From: an uncultured Pseudomonadota bacterium
Lineage (GTDB): Bacteria; Pseudomonadota; Gammaproteobacteria; Steroidobacterales; Steroidobacteraceae
Assembly: GCA_902826225.1 (NCBI GenBank)
Contig: CADEED010000002.1
Location: forward strand, 3,890-67,889
Length of the DNA stretch: 64,000 bases
Direction: 5' to 3'
The notes under the pieces were generated by a model. The model searched no databases and had not been told where the DNA came from. It saw only the letters and a program-made list of their open reading frames with translations. A program made the translations under genes and the position numbers. Below, in pieces: positions 1 through 8,083 of this stretch. How positions within the stretch are numbered: the stretch's first letter is position 1; each line of letters starts with the position of its first letter.

Positions 1-536
1 CGGGTGCCGGCGCCGCCGCGATGCAGGAGCTCAGCGAGTCGACGAAAGCCTTCCTCGAAGGGCGGCCGTTCACGCCAAAGGTGCTGCCGCATCCGTATGC
101 GTTCAACGTGTTCTCGCACAACACCAGGGTGGACCCGGAGACCGGGTACAACGAGGAAGAGACCAAGGTGATGCAGGAGACGCGCAAGATCTTCGGTGAG
201 CCGGATCTGCGCGTGACGGCGACCTGCGTGCGCGTGCCGGTGCTTCGCGCGCACTGCATCGCGCTCAACATCGAGCTCGAGCATGCGCTGACGCCGGCCG
301 AAGCGCGTGCACTGCTCGCGAACGCGCCGGGTGTGCGCGTGGTGGACGACATCGAGAAGAACTATTTCCCGATGCCCGTCGACGCGAGCGGCAAGGACGA
401 AGTGCTCGTCGGCCGCATCCGCAAGGATGTCAGCGATCCCTCCGGCAAGTCACTGTCGCTTTTCGTCGCCGGCGACCAGCTGCTGAAGGGCGCCGCGCTC
501 AACGCGGTGCAGATCGCGGAACGACTGCTTGATTGA
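1..536 (+). CDS. asd: aspartate-semialdehyde dehydrogenase, C-terminal part (5' end lies outside the window)
   Basis: Frame is open to the window edge. Translation ...TCVRVPVLRAHCIALNIE...FVAGDQLLKGAALNAVQIAERLL matches the Asd C-terminal domain. Stop at 534-536. Confidence 0.85.
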   Translation, partial: GAGAAAMQELSESTKAFLEGRPFTPKVLPHPYAFNVFSHNTRVDPETGYNEEETKVMQETRKIFGEPDLRVTATCVRVPVLRAHCIALNIELEHALTPAEARALLANAPGVRVVDDIEKNYFPMPVDASGKDEVLVGRIRKDVSDPSGKSLSLFVAGDQLLKGAALNAVQIAERLLD

Positions 537-540
537 GTAA

Positions 541-611
541 AGGGGTCAGACCTATTTTTCCCCCCGTCCCCTGATCAGTCCCGATCGTTCGAAAAAATAG
601 GTCTGCCCCCT
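541..611. terminator. inverted repeat between convergent asd and leuA, candidate bidirectional terminator
   Basis: AGGGGTCAGACCTATTTTT (541-559) and its near-perfect reverse complement (592-611) flank a ~32 nt loop. Each arm starts right after a stop codon. Confidence 0.5.
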
Positions 612-2282
612 TTACAGGTCCTTCGCGTTGACTCCGAGACGACGCGCCGCGGACAGCACCGCCAGCACCGACGCCGTCGCGATGTTCGCGTGCCGGCCCA
701 CGCCGTAGCGAATCCCCGCCACTCCCTCGCGCGCCGCCTCCACGATCGCCAGCGCCGACGCATCCGCGCCCGCGCGCAGCGCACGCTCTTCGTAGTTGTC
801 GATGCGGATCGGCAGCGCCAGCGCGTTCACCGTCGCCGCGATCGGCCCCGAGCCGATGCCACGCAGTCGGCGTCGTTGCCCCGCCACCGTCATCTCGAGC
901 TCGATCCCCTGCTTGTCACCCTCTTCGAACAGGTGATGCGCGTGGTAGGCCACGTCGTAGTCGATGGTGAGGTACGTCTTCTCGAACAGCTCCCAGAGCT
1001 GTTGAGCCGTCATCTCGCCTTCGGCGGTATCCATGTACTTCTGCACGACGTTGCTGAACTCGACCTGCATGCGCCGCGGCATCACCACGCCGTAGTCGCG
1101 CTCGAGGAGATAGGCAATGCCGCCCTTTCCGGACTGGCTGTTCACGCGGACGATGCTGTCGTATGTGCGGCCGAGATCCGCCGGATCCACCGGAATGTAG
1201 GGCACCTGCCAGACTTCGCCGGGCTTCTGCGCGGCCATGCCTTTCTTGATGGCGTCCTGGTGCGAGCCGGAGAAGGAAGTGAACACGAGGTCGCCGATGT
1301 ACGGATGCCGCGGATGGATCGGCAGGCGCGTGGCCTGCTCCACTTCGCGCGCGACCGCGTTGATGTCCGAGAAATCGAGCCCGGGGTTGATGCCTTGCGA
1401 ATAGAAATTCAACGCCAGATTCACGAGATCGACGTTGCCGGAGCGCTCGCCATTGCCGAACAAACAGCCTTCGACGCGCTGCCCGCCCGCCAGCATGCCG
1501 AGCTCCGCGGCTGCCACGCCCGTGCCCCGATCGTTGTGCGTGTGCAGCGAGATGATCACGTGCTCGCGCCGCTCGAGGCGCTGCGACATCCACTCGATCT
1601 GGTCGGCGTAGACGTTGGGCGACGCATTCTCGACCGTCGTCGGCAGGTTGATGATGATCGGGCGGCCCGGGCCTGCGTTCCAGGCGCGAATCGCCGTATT
1701 GCACGCCTCGAGCGACACCTCGAGTTCCGTCATGCTGAACGCTTCGGGCGAGTACTCGAGACCCCATTTCGTCTCCGGCAGGGCATCCGTGAGCTGCTTC
1801 ACCAGCGTCACCTGCTTCTCGACGAGCTGCATCACCTCGGGCACCGACAGCCCGAACACGACCTTGCGCCACACCGGCGCCGTCGCGTTGTAGACGTGGA
1901 CGATCGCCTGACGCGCTCCTTTGACGGATTCCACCGTGCGGCGGATCAGTTCCTCGCGCGCCTGCGTGAGCACCATGATCGTGACGTCGTCGGGGATCAG
2001 GTTCTGCTCGATGAGATCGCGAGCCGTCAGGAAATCCGTCTCGGACGCCGACGGGAAGCCGATCTCGATCTGCTTGATCCCGACCTTGGTGATGGTCCTG
2101 AACAGACGCTTCTTCGTCTCGCGGCTCATGGGCTCGAAGAGCGCCTGATTGCCGTCACGCAGGTCCGTGCTGCACCAGATGGGGACGGTAGTTAGCGCGC
2201 GCGACGGCCACTGCCGGTTCGGCAGGTCGATGGTCGGGTACGGCCGGTACTTCTGCGAAGGATCCTTCAGCATGATCGTCAC
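612..2282 (-). CDS. leuA: 2-isopropylmalate synthase (long form)
   Basis: 556 aa ORF. N-terminus ...WCSTDLRDGNQAL..., HTHNDRGTGVA motif and C-terminal regulatory domain are typical of LeuA. Confidence 0.93.
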   Translation of the reverse strand: MTIMLKDPSQKYRPYPTIDLPNRQWPSRALTTVPIWCSTDLRDGNQALFEPMSRETKKRLFRTITKVGIKQIEIGFPSASETDFLTARDLIEQNLIPDDVTIMVLTQAREELIRRTVESVKGARQAIVHVYNATAPVWRKVVFGLSVPEVMQLVEKQVTLVKQLTDALPETKWGLEYSPEAFSMTELEVSLEACNTAIRAWNAGPGRPIIINLPTTVENASPNVYADQIEWMSQRLERREHVIISLHTHNDRGTGVAAAELGMLAGGQRVEGCLFGNGERSGNVDLVNLALNFYSQGINPGLDFSDINAVAREVEQATRLPIHPRHPYIGDLVFTSFSGSHQDAIKKGMAAQKPGEVWQVPYIPVDPADLGRTYDSIVRVNSQSGKGGIAYLLERDYGVVMPRRMQVEFSNVVQKYMDTAEGEMTAQQLWELFEKTYLTIDYDVAYHAHHLFEEGDKQGIELEMTVAGQRRRLRGIGSGPIAATVNALALPIRIDNYEERALRAGADASALAIVEAAREGVAGIRYGVGRHANIATASVLAVLSAARRLGVNAKDL

Positions 2283-2535
2283 TCTCGAACGGAGGCGGAA
2301 CGAGACTGCACCGCTGTTCGCGGCATCGTCTTAAGTTTCCCGTCTTGTTTGCGCCGACGGGTGGCGCGAGTGTGTGTTGCGGCTAGGCCGCAAGAAGGAG
2401 GAGCGAACGAAGCAGCGCCGCGGGAGTGCGGCGGATGGGGGCGAAGCCCGGCTGCTCGTTGCGAATCATGGCGGGCAAGCTACCTTACATCTACCGGAAT
2501 CACAACCCGGTCCCGGGTTGACCAAGGAAACGCGC

Positions 2536-2973
2536 ATGAGATTCGACGATCGGCAGCTGCAGCGGTTGGGCGACTTCCAGTCCTGGAAGGAGGGAGAGGA
2601 CGCCGCCGCCACCCTGCTCGACTACGCGACCTATACCGCGACACCGGATCAGCTCTTCGGCTACGCGGCATTGTTCTTCCGCCCGCTGATCGAGGTGGAC
2701 GGTCACTACTACTTCGCCGATGTCTTCAGCGAGGAGGCCTACGCGCGGCTCCAGCCCCGAAAGTCGGGGCGGGAAATCCAGTTGGAGATGAACGAGCTCA
2801 AGGTCTCGACGTTGCTGCAGAACGCGGACGTCGACGACACCGCCGCGCTCGACTGCGCCCAGCTCCTGGCCAATGCCTGGAACGAGGTCCATGGCCGCAA
2901 AGGCGTCGTCGCCGAAATACACGGCGAGACGCTCGGCGATCTCGTCGTCACGCTGGTGAACGGGCACGAATAG
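2536..2973 (+). CDS. orphan immunity-like protein, paralog of the ORF at 9019-9462
   Basis: Start taken at Met55 of ORF 2374..2973 (MRFDDRQLQRLGDF...). Roughly 50% identical by eye over its full length to 9019-9462 (LLDYAT..ATP..LF..AAL...LIEV.GHY..AD.F......STLLQNA.....A.....A.AW.E.H..KGVV.E.HG.TL.DL.VTLVNG). Confidence 0.65.
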   Translation: MRFDDRQLQRLGDFQSWKEGEDAAATLLDYATYTATPDQLFGYAALFFRPLIEVDGHYYFADVFSEEAYARLQPRKSGREIQLEMNELKVSTLLQNADVDDTAALDCAQLLANAWNEVHGRKGVVAEIHGETLGDLVVTLVNGHE

Positions 2974-2995
2974 CGGCCTGCCCAGGCACCGACGT

Positions 2996-4720
2996 TCAGC
3001 GGCGCGCCGGCCAATCCTTCGCCGCGGCGCGGCATCCGCCGTCGGGCCAACCCTTCCAGCCCTGCCCACGCACCACGCGGCCGGTCGCCTTGCCGGTCGG
3101 CTCGCCATTCGAGAGCGCGACGCCACCATTGATGACGACGTGCGATACGCCCGTCGAATACTGCATCGGCTTCTCGAACGTCGCGTGGTCCTGGATGGCG
3201 GCTGCGTCGAACACGACGACATCCGCGAAGTAACCTGGGGCGAGCTTGCCGCGATCCTTGAGCGCGAGGTTCGTCGCGGGTAGTGAAGTGAGGCGGCGAA
3301 CCGCTTCCGGCAGCGTGATCAGTTTTTCATCGCGGACGTACCTGCCCAAGAGTCGCGCGATGTTGCCGTAGGCGCGCGGGTGCGTGCTGGACTCGAGGAA
3401 CACGCCCTCGGGCGCCGAGGCTTCGGCATCGGACCCGAAGCTCATGTACGGCAGCTTGATCTGCTGGCGCACGTTGTCTTCGGACATCAGGAAATACACC
3501 GTTTCCACGCGCGCGCCGTCCTCGATCACGAGGTCGATGGCCGCGTCCTCCGGACTCACGCCGCGCATGCGCGCGACTTCGGAGAGACGCTTGCCCGTGA
3601 GCGGCTTGAGCTTCGGGTTCTTGAATCCGATGAGCAGCACGTTGTCCGCGCTGCCGGCACTGCGATACAGGCTCTCCCAATCCTTGGAGTCCGAGCGCAT
3701 CTCGGCGATGACGCGCGCGCGGATCTTGGGATCCTTGAGGCGCTTGATCCATTCTTCCACGCCGCCGGCCTGCACCCAGGTCGGCATGGCCGCGTCGAGA
3801 CCGGTAGCGCCGGCGACATAGGTATACATGTCGGTGGTGACGTGCAGGCCTTCCGCGCGGGCCTTATCGATGCGCGCGATGGCGGCGTCGAGCTTGCTCC
3901 AGTTGGCGCGGCCCGCGGCCTTCAGGTGATAGATCTCGACGGGGACCTGCGCGCGCCGCGCGATCTCGACGGTTTCGTCGATGGCTTCGAGCAGGCGATC
4001 GCCTTCGCTGCGCATGTGCGTGATGTAGCTGCCACCGCAGCGGGCCGCTTCGGCCGAGATAGCGACGAGCTCGTCGGTTTCGGCGAAGGTACCGGGCGCG
4101 TAGATGAGTGAGGAGCCGACGCCGAGCGCGCCTTCCTCCATCGCGGTGCGCACGAGTCCGCGCATCGCGTCGAGTTGCGCGGGCGTCGGGTCCACGTCGC
4201 CCTCGCCGAGCACGTGGACGCGCGTGGTCTCGGCGCCGATGAAGGACGCGACGTTCGGCGCGACGCCTTTCTTCTGCAGGAATTCGAGGTACTGGTCCAG
4301 CGACGTCCAGGTGATGTCGTACCGGATGTCAGTCTGCCGCGCCTTGGCCAGCGTCTTCATCTCCGGAGTCAGTGGCCCCATCGAGCTGCCCTCGCCGAAC
4401 ACCTGCAGCGTGACGCCCTGGCGCAGGTCGCTCTGCCCGCGGCCATCGGCGATCAGCGACTCGACGGACCAGCTCAGCATGTTGATGAAGCCGGGAGCGA
4501 TCGCCTTGCCGCGCGCGTCGATCACGGTCTTGGCGTTGTCGCCGCGCGACTTGCCGACGTAGACGAGGCGATCGCCGTCGACGACGACATCACCGATGTA
4601 ACCTTCGGCGCCAGTGCCGTCGAGGATCGTGCCGCCGCGGACGACGAGGTCGTGGTCGGCGGCTTGCACGATGGTCGCGCACGCGATCGAGAGAATCGTC
4701 AGTCCGAGAATCGTGCGCAT
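2996..4720 (-). CDS. N-acyl-D-amino-acid deacylase (D-aminoacylase), amidohydrolase superfamily, secreted
   Basis: 574 aa. Signal peptide MRTILGLTILSIACATIVQA, then DLVVRGGTILDGTG...IAPGFINMLSW, typical of D-aminoacylases. Confidence 0.8.
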   Translation of the reverse strand: MRTILGLTILSIACATIVQAADHDLVVRGGTILDGTGAEGYIGDVVVDGDRLVYVGKSRGDNAKTVIDARGKAIAPGFINMLSWSVESLIADGRGQSDLRQGVTLQVFGEGSSMGPLTPEMKTLAKARQTDIRYDITWTSLDQYLEFLQKKGVAPNVASFIGAETTRVHVLGEGDVDPTPAQLDAMRGLVRTAMEEGALGVGSSLIYAPGTFAETDELVAISAEAARCGGSYITHMRSEGDRLLEAIDETVEIARRAQVPVEIYHLKAAGRANWSKLDAAIARIDKARAEGLHVTTDMYTYVAGATGLDAAMPTWVQAGGVEEWIKRLKDPKIRARVIAEMRSDSKDWESLYRSAGSADNVLLIGFKNPKLKPLTGKRLSEVARMRGVSPEDAAIDLVIEDGARVETVYFLMSEDNVRQQIKLPYMSFGSDAEASAPEGVFLESSTHPRAYGNIARLLGRYVRDEKLITLPEAVRRLTSLPATNLALKDRGKLAPGYFADVVVFDAAAIQDHATFEKPMQYSTGVSHVVINGGVALSNGEPTGKATGRVVRGQGWKGWPDGGCRAAAKDWPARR

Positions 4721-4738
4721 GTCGAACCTCGCGGATTG

Positions 4739-4755
4739 AAGGGGTCTGACCCCTT
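4739..4755. repeat. stop-adjacent hairpin AAGGGG-TCTGA-CCCCTT, a copy of the AGGGGNCAGAC motif
   Basis: On the minus strand it reads TAAGGGGTCAGACCCCTTC immediately after the panE-fragment stop. Related motif occurs at 541-559, 592-611 and 18718-18736. Confidence 0.45.
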
Positions 4756-4912
4756 ATTCTTGTGCTGCTTCCAGCAGTGCCACCATCAGCGCATTCATCG
4801 GCGCGTCGATGCCGTGCTTGCGGCCGAGCCGGACGATGACGCCGTTGCGCGCATCGTATTCCATCGGGCGCTTCGCGCGGCGATCGGCCAGCATCGAGTC
4901 GATTCGTGGCGT
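4754..4912 (-). pseudogene. panE: 3' fragment of 2-dehydropantoate 2-reductase (last ~50 codons only)
   Basis: Minus-strand translation RIDSMLADRRAKRPMEYDARNGVIVRLGRKHGIDAPMNALMVALLEAAQE* matches the PanE/ApbA C-terminal motif (SML.D...GR.tEid..nG.vv..G...g...P.n). An in-frame TGA lies just upstream at about 4913-4915, and there is no N-terminal Rossmann part. Confidence 0.55.
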
Positions 4913-6660
4913 TCAACAGCGATGGCACCACGCGTTGGGAGACGCCGCTGCCCGTGTCGACGGGCTTCAAGTCGAGCAACGGACCAGTCGTTCTGGACGA
5001 TGCGACGATTCTCGTGCCCGCAACGCCGCAGGACTACATCATTCTCGGAACCGGACGAGGACTGGCGCCGACCGGATGGCCCGCGCGCGATCGCGATGTC
5101 CGCGGCTCACGCAATGCAGGAGGCGTCGCGCCGATGCCGCCGAACGCGGCACCATCCATCGTGATCACCGACCCGATCACAGTGTCCGTCAGTCTCGACA
5201 TCGGCGAACCGAAGACTGTACGCGCTCGGGCGTCGGATTCGGTTGAGGGAGACATCAGCGCCGCGATTCGCTGGACATCGTCGCTCGAAGGTGAGTTCGC
5301 GACGGGTCCAACGGCGTCCTTGACGGCTCTGGGTGCCGGGACGCACACCATCACGGCGACGGTGACGGACAGCCAGAACCTCTCGGACACGGCAACATTG
5401 CAAATGACCAAGGGGGCATTCGCGCCCGAGCTTTCACTCCTAACGCCTTGGTACGGGCAGACATTCGATGTCAGGCAGCAGATCAACTTTTCGGCGACGG
5501 CCGTGGATCGGGGTGATGGCTTCATTGGTCACCTGATTCGCTGGTCCTCGGATCGAGACGGGCAGATCGGGACAGGCGGGCAAGTAGCGCGCACCAATCT
5601 GACGGCCGGTTCACACACGATCACCGCGACCGTGACGGACAGCTTCGGCTTGACGGCCACGCGCACGGTGCCGATCGAGATCGTGCAGATGGCGCCGGTC
5701 ATCACGCACTCGCCCTATGACCAGGCCGAACTCGACCTCGGCGCGGCCGTGGAGTTCTTCGGGACGGCGACCGACTACGGCGATGGGGATGTGAGTGACA
5801 CCCTGGTCTGGACGTCCGATCGGGACGGCCTGTTGGGGAACGGGCAGACGTTCCTGATCTCGAGCCTCTCCGAGGGCACGCACGTCATCACGGTGACCGC
5901 GCAGGACGACAGCGGAACTGAGACTTCAACCCAGTTCACCGTCATTGTCCGGCCGACGCCACCGACCCTGCAGATCGAGTCCCCCGGCGATTGGAGCTAC
6001 TGGGAAGTCGGCTCGGACATCGGCTTCTACGGGACTGCCTACGACACGACCGATGGTGACATTAGCGCGATGATCCAGTGGTCGTCATTGCTCGACGGCC
6101 CAATTGGCACAGGTCAGGGCTATTTCTATCGGAACGATCTCAGCGTCGGCACGCACATCATCACGGCGACCGTGACGGATTCCGATGGGCAGACGGCGAC
6201 GATGGAGCGCTACATGACGGTCGCGGATCCCAACAACTCGGCGCCGTCCGTGTACATCTACTCGCCGGAGTGGGGCTCGCAGCATTCCGAAAACACCTCC
6301 ATCTCATTGCAGGCCGAGGCTTACGACTATGAGGAGGGGGAACTGACGAATATCCAATGGTCATCGGATCTGCAGGGGCCGCTTGGCGTCGGTGCGAGCA
6401 TAAGCACGTCTGCACTCGGGGTCGGCACGCATCAGATCAAGGCGCTGATCACCGACAGTTCGGGCGCGAAGGGGGTGTACGCAATCACCATCCACGTCGT
6501 GTCCTCTCTCACGTCGCTCGCTCGGGAAATCGCGCGCGAGTCGCTGGTCGCAAGCCGTGAGCCCGAACCTCGACCCGATTCGCCTCGTCTGCCCGAGCGC
6601 GTGGCGCTCGTGGCTGCCCTAACTTCAGAGTCCCGCAACTCGAGCGGAGGTGTGCAATGA
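4906..6660 (+). CDS. Ig-like (PKD/Big-like) tandem-repeat protein, apparently 5'-truncated; translationally coupled to the first toxin gene
   Basis: Five ~90 aa repeats with pattern D..DGD.S..I.W.S..DG.(L/I)G.G......L..G.H.ITATVTDS.G. The first ~80 aa look like the end of a PQQ-like beta-propeller (FNSDGTTRWETP...GWPARDRDVRGSRNAG). No signal peptide. The stop overlaps the next ATG (ATGA at 6657-6660). Confidence 0.7.
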   Translation: MAFNSDGTTRWETPLPVSTGFKSSNGPVVLDDATILVPATPQDYIILGTGRGLAPTGWPARDRDVRGSRNAGGVAPMPPNAAPSIVITDPITVSVSLDIGEPKTVRARASDSVEGDISAAIRWTSSLEGEFATGPTASLTALGAGTHTITATVTDSQNLSDTATLQMTKGAFAPELSLLTPWYGQTFDVRQQINFSATAVDRGDGFIGHLIRWSSDRDGQIGTGGQVARTNLTAGSHTITATVTDSFGLTATRTVPIEIVQMAPVITHSPYDQAELDLGAAVEFFGTATDYGDGDVSDTLVWTSDRDGLLGNGQTFLISSLSEGTHVITVTAQDDSGTETSTQFTVIVRPTPPTLQIESPGDWSYWEVGSDIGFYGTAYDTTDGDISAMIQWSSLLDGPIGTGQGYFYRNDLSVGTHIITATVTDSDGQTATMERYMTVADPNNSAPSVYIYSPEWGSQHSENTSISLQAEAYDYEEGELTNIQWSSDLQGPLGVGASISTSALGVGTHQIKALITDSSGAKGVYAITIHVVSSLTSLAREIARESLVASREPEPRPDSPRLPERVALVAALTSESRNSSGGVQ

Positions 6661-7547
6661 GCTTCCATGGAATGTTCACTCGCGGCCTTGTCGCCGCGCT
6701 GCTGCTGTGCCTGGGCTCGCAGGTCTTTGCCGCGCGCACGACGACCTACCTGCACAACGACGGTCTCGGCTCCGTCGTCGCCGCGACCAACCAGGCAGGC
6801 GCCGTGCTGTGGCGCAAGGACTACGCGCCGTTCGGCGAGCAGATCGACTCGACGCCTGACAGTGAGCGCACCGCCTACACGGGCAAGCAGCACGACGACG
6901 CCATCGGGCTCACCTACTTCGGTGGCCGGCACTTCGATCCTGAGCTCGGGCGATTCACCAGCGTCGACCCGGTCGCGTTCACCGAACAGAACGCGATGAG
7001 CTTCAACCGATACCTGTACGTGAACAACAACCCGTACAAGTATGTGGATCCGGATGGGGAGTTCCTGACCTACGTCGCGAAGTTCGTGATCGACGTGGGC
7101 ATCAACGTCGCGTTGAACTACGTCACAACCGGCGAGGCGAACCTCAAAGGTGCACTGAAGGAATCAGTAATCGGACTCATCAATCCGATCCCGGGCAAAA
7201 ATGCCGGCAAACTCGTGATGGCGATTGCCAAGGCGGGCAAGAAGGCGCCGGAGCCATCAACAGTATCCTCGGCCGCAAGGATACTCAATCCGGAGCAGGC
7301 CGCGAACCTCGCCAGGTTTGAGAAGAAACTTCCCGCTGGCGCTGGACCTACCAAAGTCCATGACTTACCTATTGGGGGCAAGGCCTTCCAGGCTGAAGTT
7401 CCAGGACGCGTCCCTGGGTCGAAGGCCGTTTACGAAAAGCAATTGGACGCGAACGGAATGACGACTGGCTACACAAAAACTACATATGCTCCGGCAGGCG
7501 ACATTGTTCATGTCAAAGACAAGATCACTGGTGAGACTTTCCCGTGA
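6657..7547 (+). CDS. mini-RHS polymorphic toxin 1: signal peptide + RHS core stub + helical linker + unassigned C-terminal domain
   Basis: GGAGG sits 6 nt upstream of the ATG. Signal peptide MSFHGMFTRGLVAALLLCLGSQVFA|A. YD/RHS core ...YTGKQHDDAIGLTYFGGRHFDPELGRFTSVDP...NRYLYVNNNPYKYVDPDGEF. Linker with TTGE ends at KKAPEP. The unique last ~96 aa have no motif I recognise. Confidence 0.85.
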   Translation: MSFHGMFTRGLVAALLLCLGSQVFAARTTTYLHNDGLGSVVAATNQAGAVLWRKDYAPFGEQIDSTPDSERTAYTGKQHDDAIGLTYFGGRHFDPELGRFTSVDPVAFTEQNAMSFNRYLYVNNNPYKYVDPDGEFLTYVAKFVIDVGINVALNYVTTGEANLKGALKESVIGLINPIPGKNAGKLVMAIAKAGKKAPEPSTVSSAARILNPEQAANLARFEKKLPAGAGPTKVHDLPIGGKAFQAEVPGRVPGSKAVYEKQLDANGMTTGYTKTTYAPAGDIVHVKDKITGETFP

Positions 7548-7888
7548 AAAGCAGAACTGATCTCCTTCTTGAGCTTCTCCACGCAAGCCGACCGGCTGAT
7601 CAGATCACGCGGGAGCTTGCCGCCCTTGGATGGGACAGCGACGCAGAGTTAGCGGTCATCACCAAGCGGGACATCGGCGAAATGCTGATGAAGTTCCTGA
7701 AAGGATCAGCCACAGGAAGTGCCGTGCAGGCTTGGGCTGAAGCAATCGAGAGCCGTGATGACGTGGGTCTTGAGCCCGGCTCGCAAGAGATTCTGAAACA
7801 AACTCTTTTCGAACTTGCCAACCCGGATCTCACTAGAAAGTTGACTCCGATCTTGGCGCAGAAGTTGATAGACGATTTGCGGCTTTAG
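7544..7888 (+). CDS. putative cognate immunity protein 1
   Basis: 114 aa, helical-looking. GTG start overlaps the toxin stop (GTGA). Lower GC than the backbone. Function assigned by position only. Confidence 0.65.
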   Translation: MKSRTDLLLELLHASRPADQITRELAALGWDSDAELAVITKRDIGEMLMKFLKGSATGSAVQAWAEAIESRDDVGLEPGSQEILKQTLFELANPDLTRKLTPILAQKLIDDLRL

Positions 7889-7910
7889 CTGCGCGTAGGC
7901 GGTGCAAACT

Positions 7911-8083
7911 ATCACCATCCACGTCGTGCACTCACTGACGTAGTTCGCTAGAGAGATCGCTGGAGAGTTGCCGGTCGCAAGCCGTGAGCCCGAACCTCGA
8001 CCCGATCCCCCTCGTCTGCCCGAACGCGTGGCGCTCGTGGCTGCCCTAACTTCAGAGTCCCGCAACTCGAGCGGAGGTGTGCA
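7911..8083 (+). pseudogene. decayed copy of the 3' end of the Ig-like repeat gene (equivalent to 6484-6656)
   Basis: Starts atcaccatccacgtcgtg as at 6484, diverges and picks up stops (tag), then is near-identical from ggtcgcaagccgtgagcccgaacctcgaccc through the GGAGG and ATG. Confidence 0.7.

Noticed and set aside
690-2195. Very long ORFs antisense to, or out of frame with, clear genes. Examples: 690-2195 in leuA, 20312-21925 in ctaD, 44108-46324 in spoT, 46329-48161, 51831-53810, 62042-63994 in pilQ, and 37174-39192.
   Set aside because: These are typical of high-GC DNA, where stop codons are rare off-frame. Their translations are Arg/Ala/Pro/Gly-rich with no motifs, and the overlapping frame in each case encodes a well-recognised protein.
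6657-6740. Lipoprotein signal (lipobox) in the toxin N-termini, from LLLC|LGS.
   Set aside because: The residues before the Cys (L-L-L) do not fit the lipobox, and the Cys is replaced by Ser in the 15522 copy (LLLSLG). The conserved AxA-like site (VFA|A or AFA|A) fits signal peptidase I instead.
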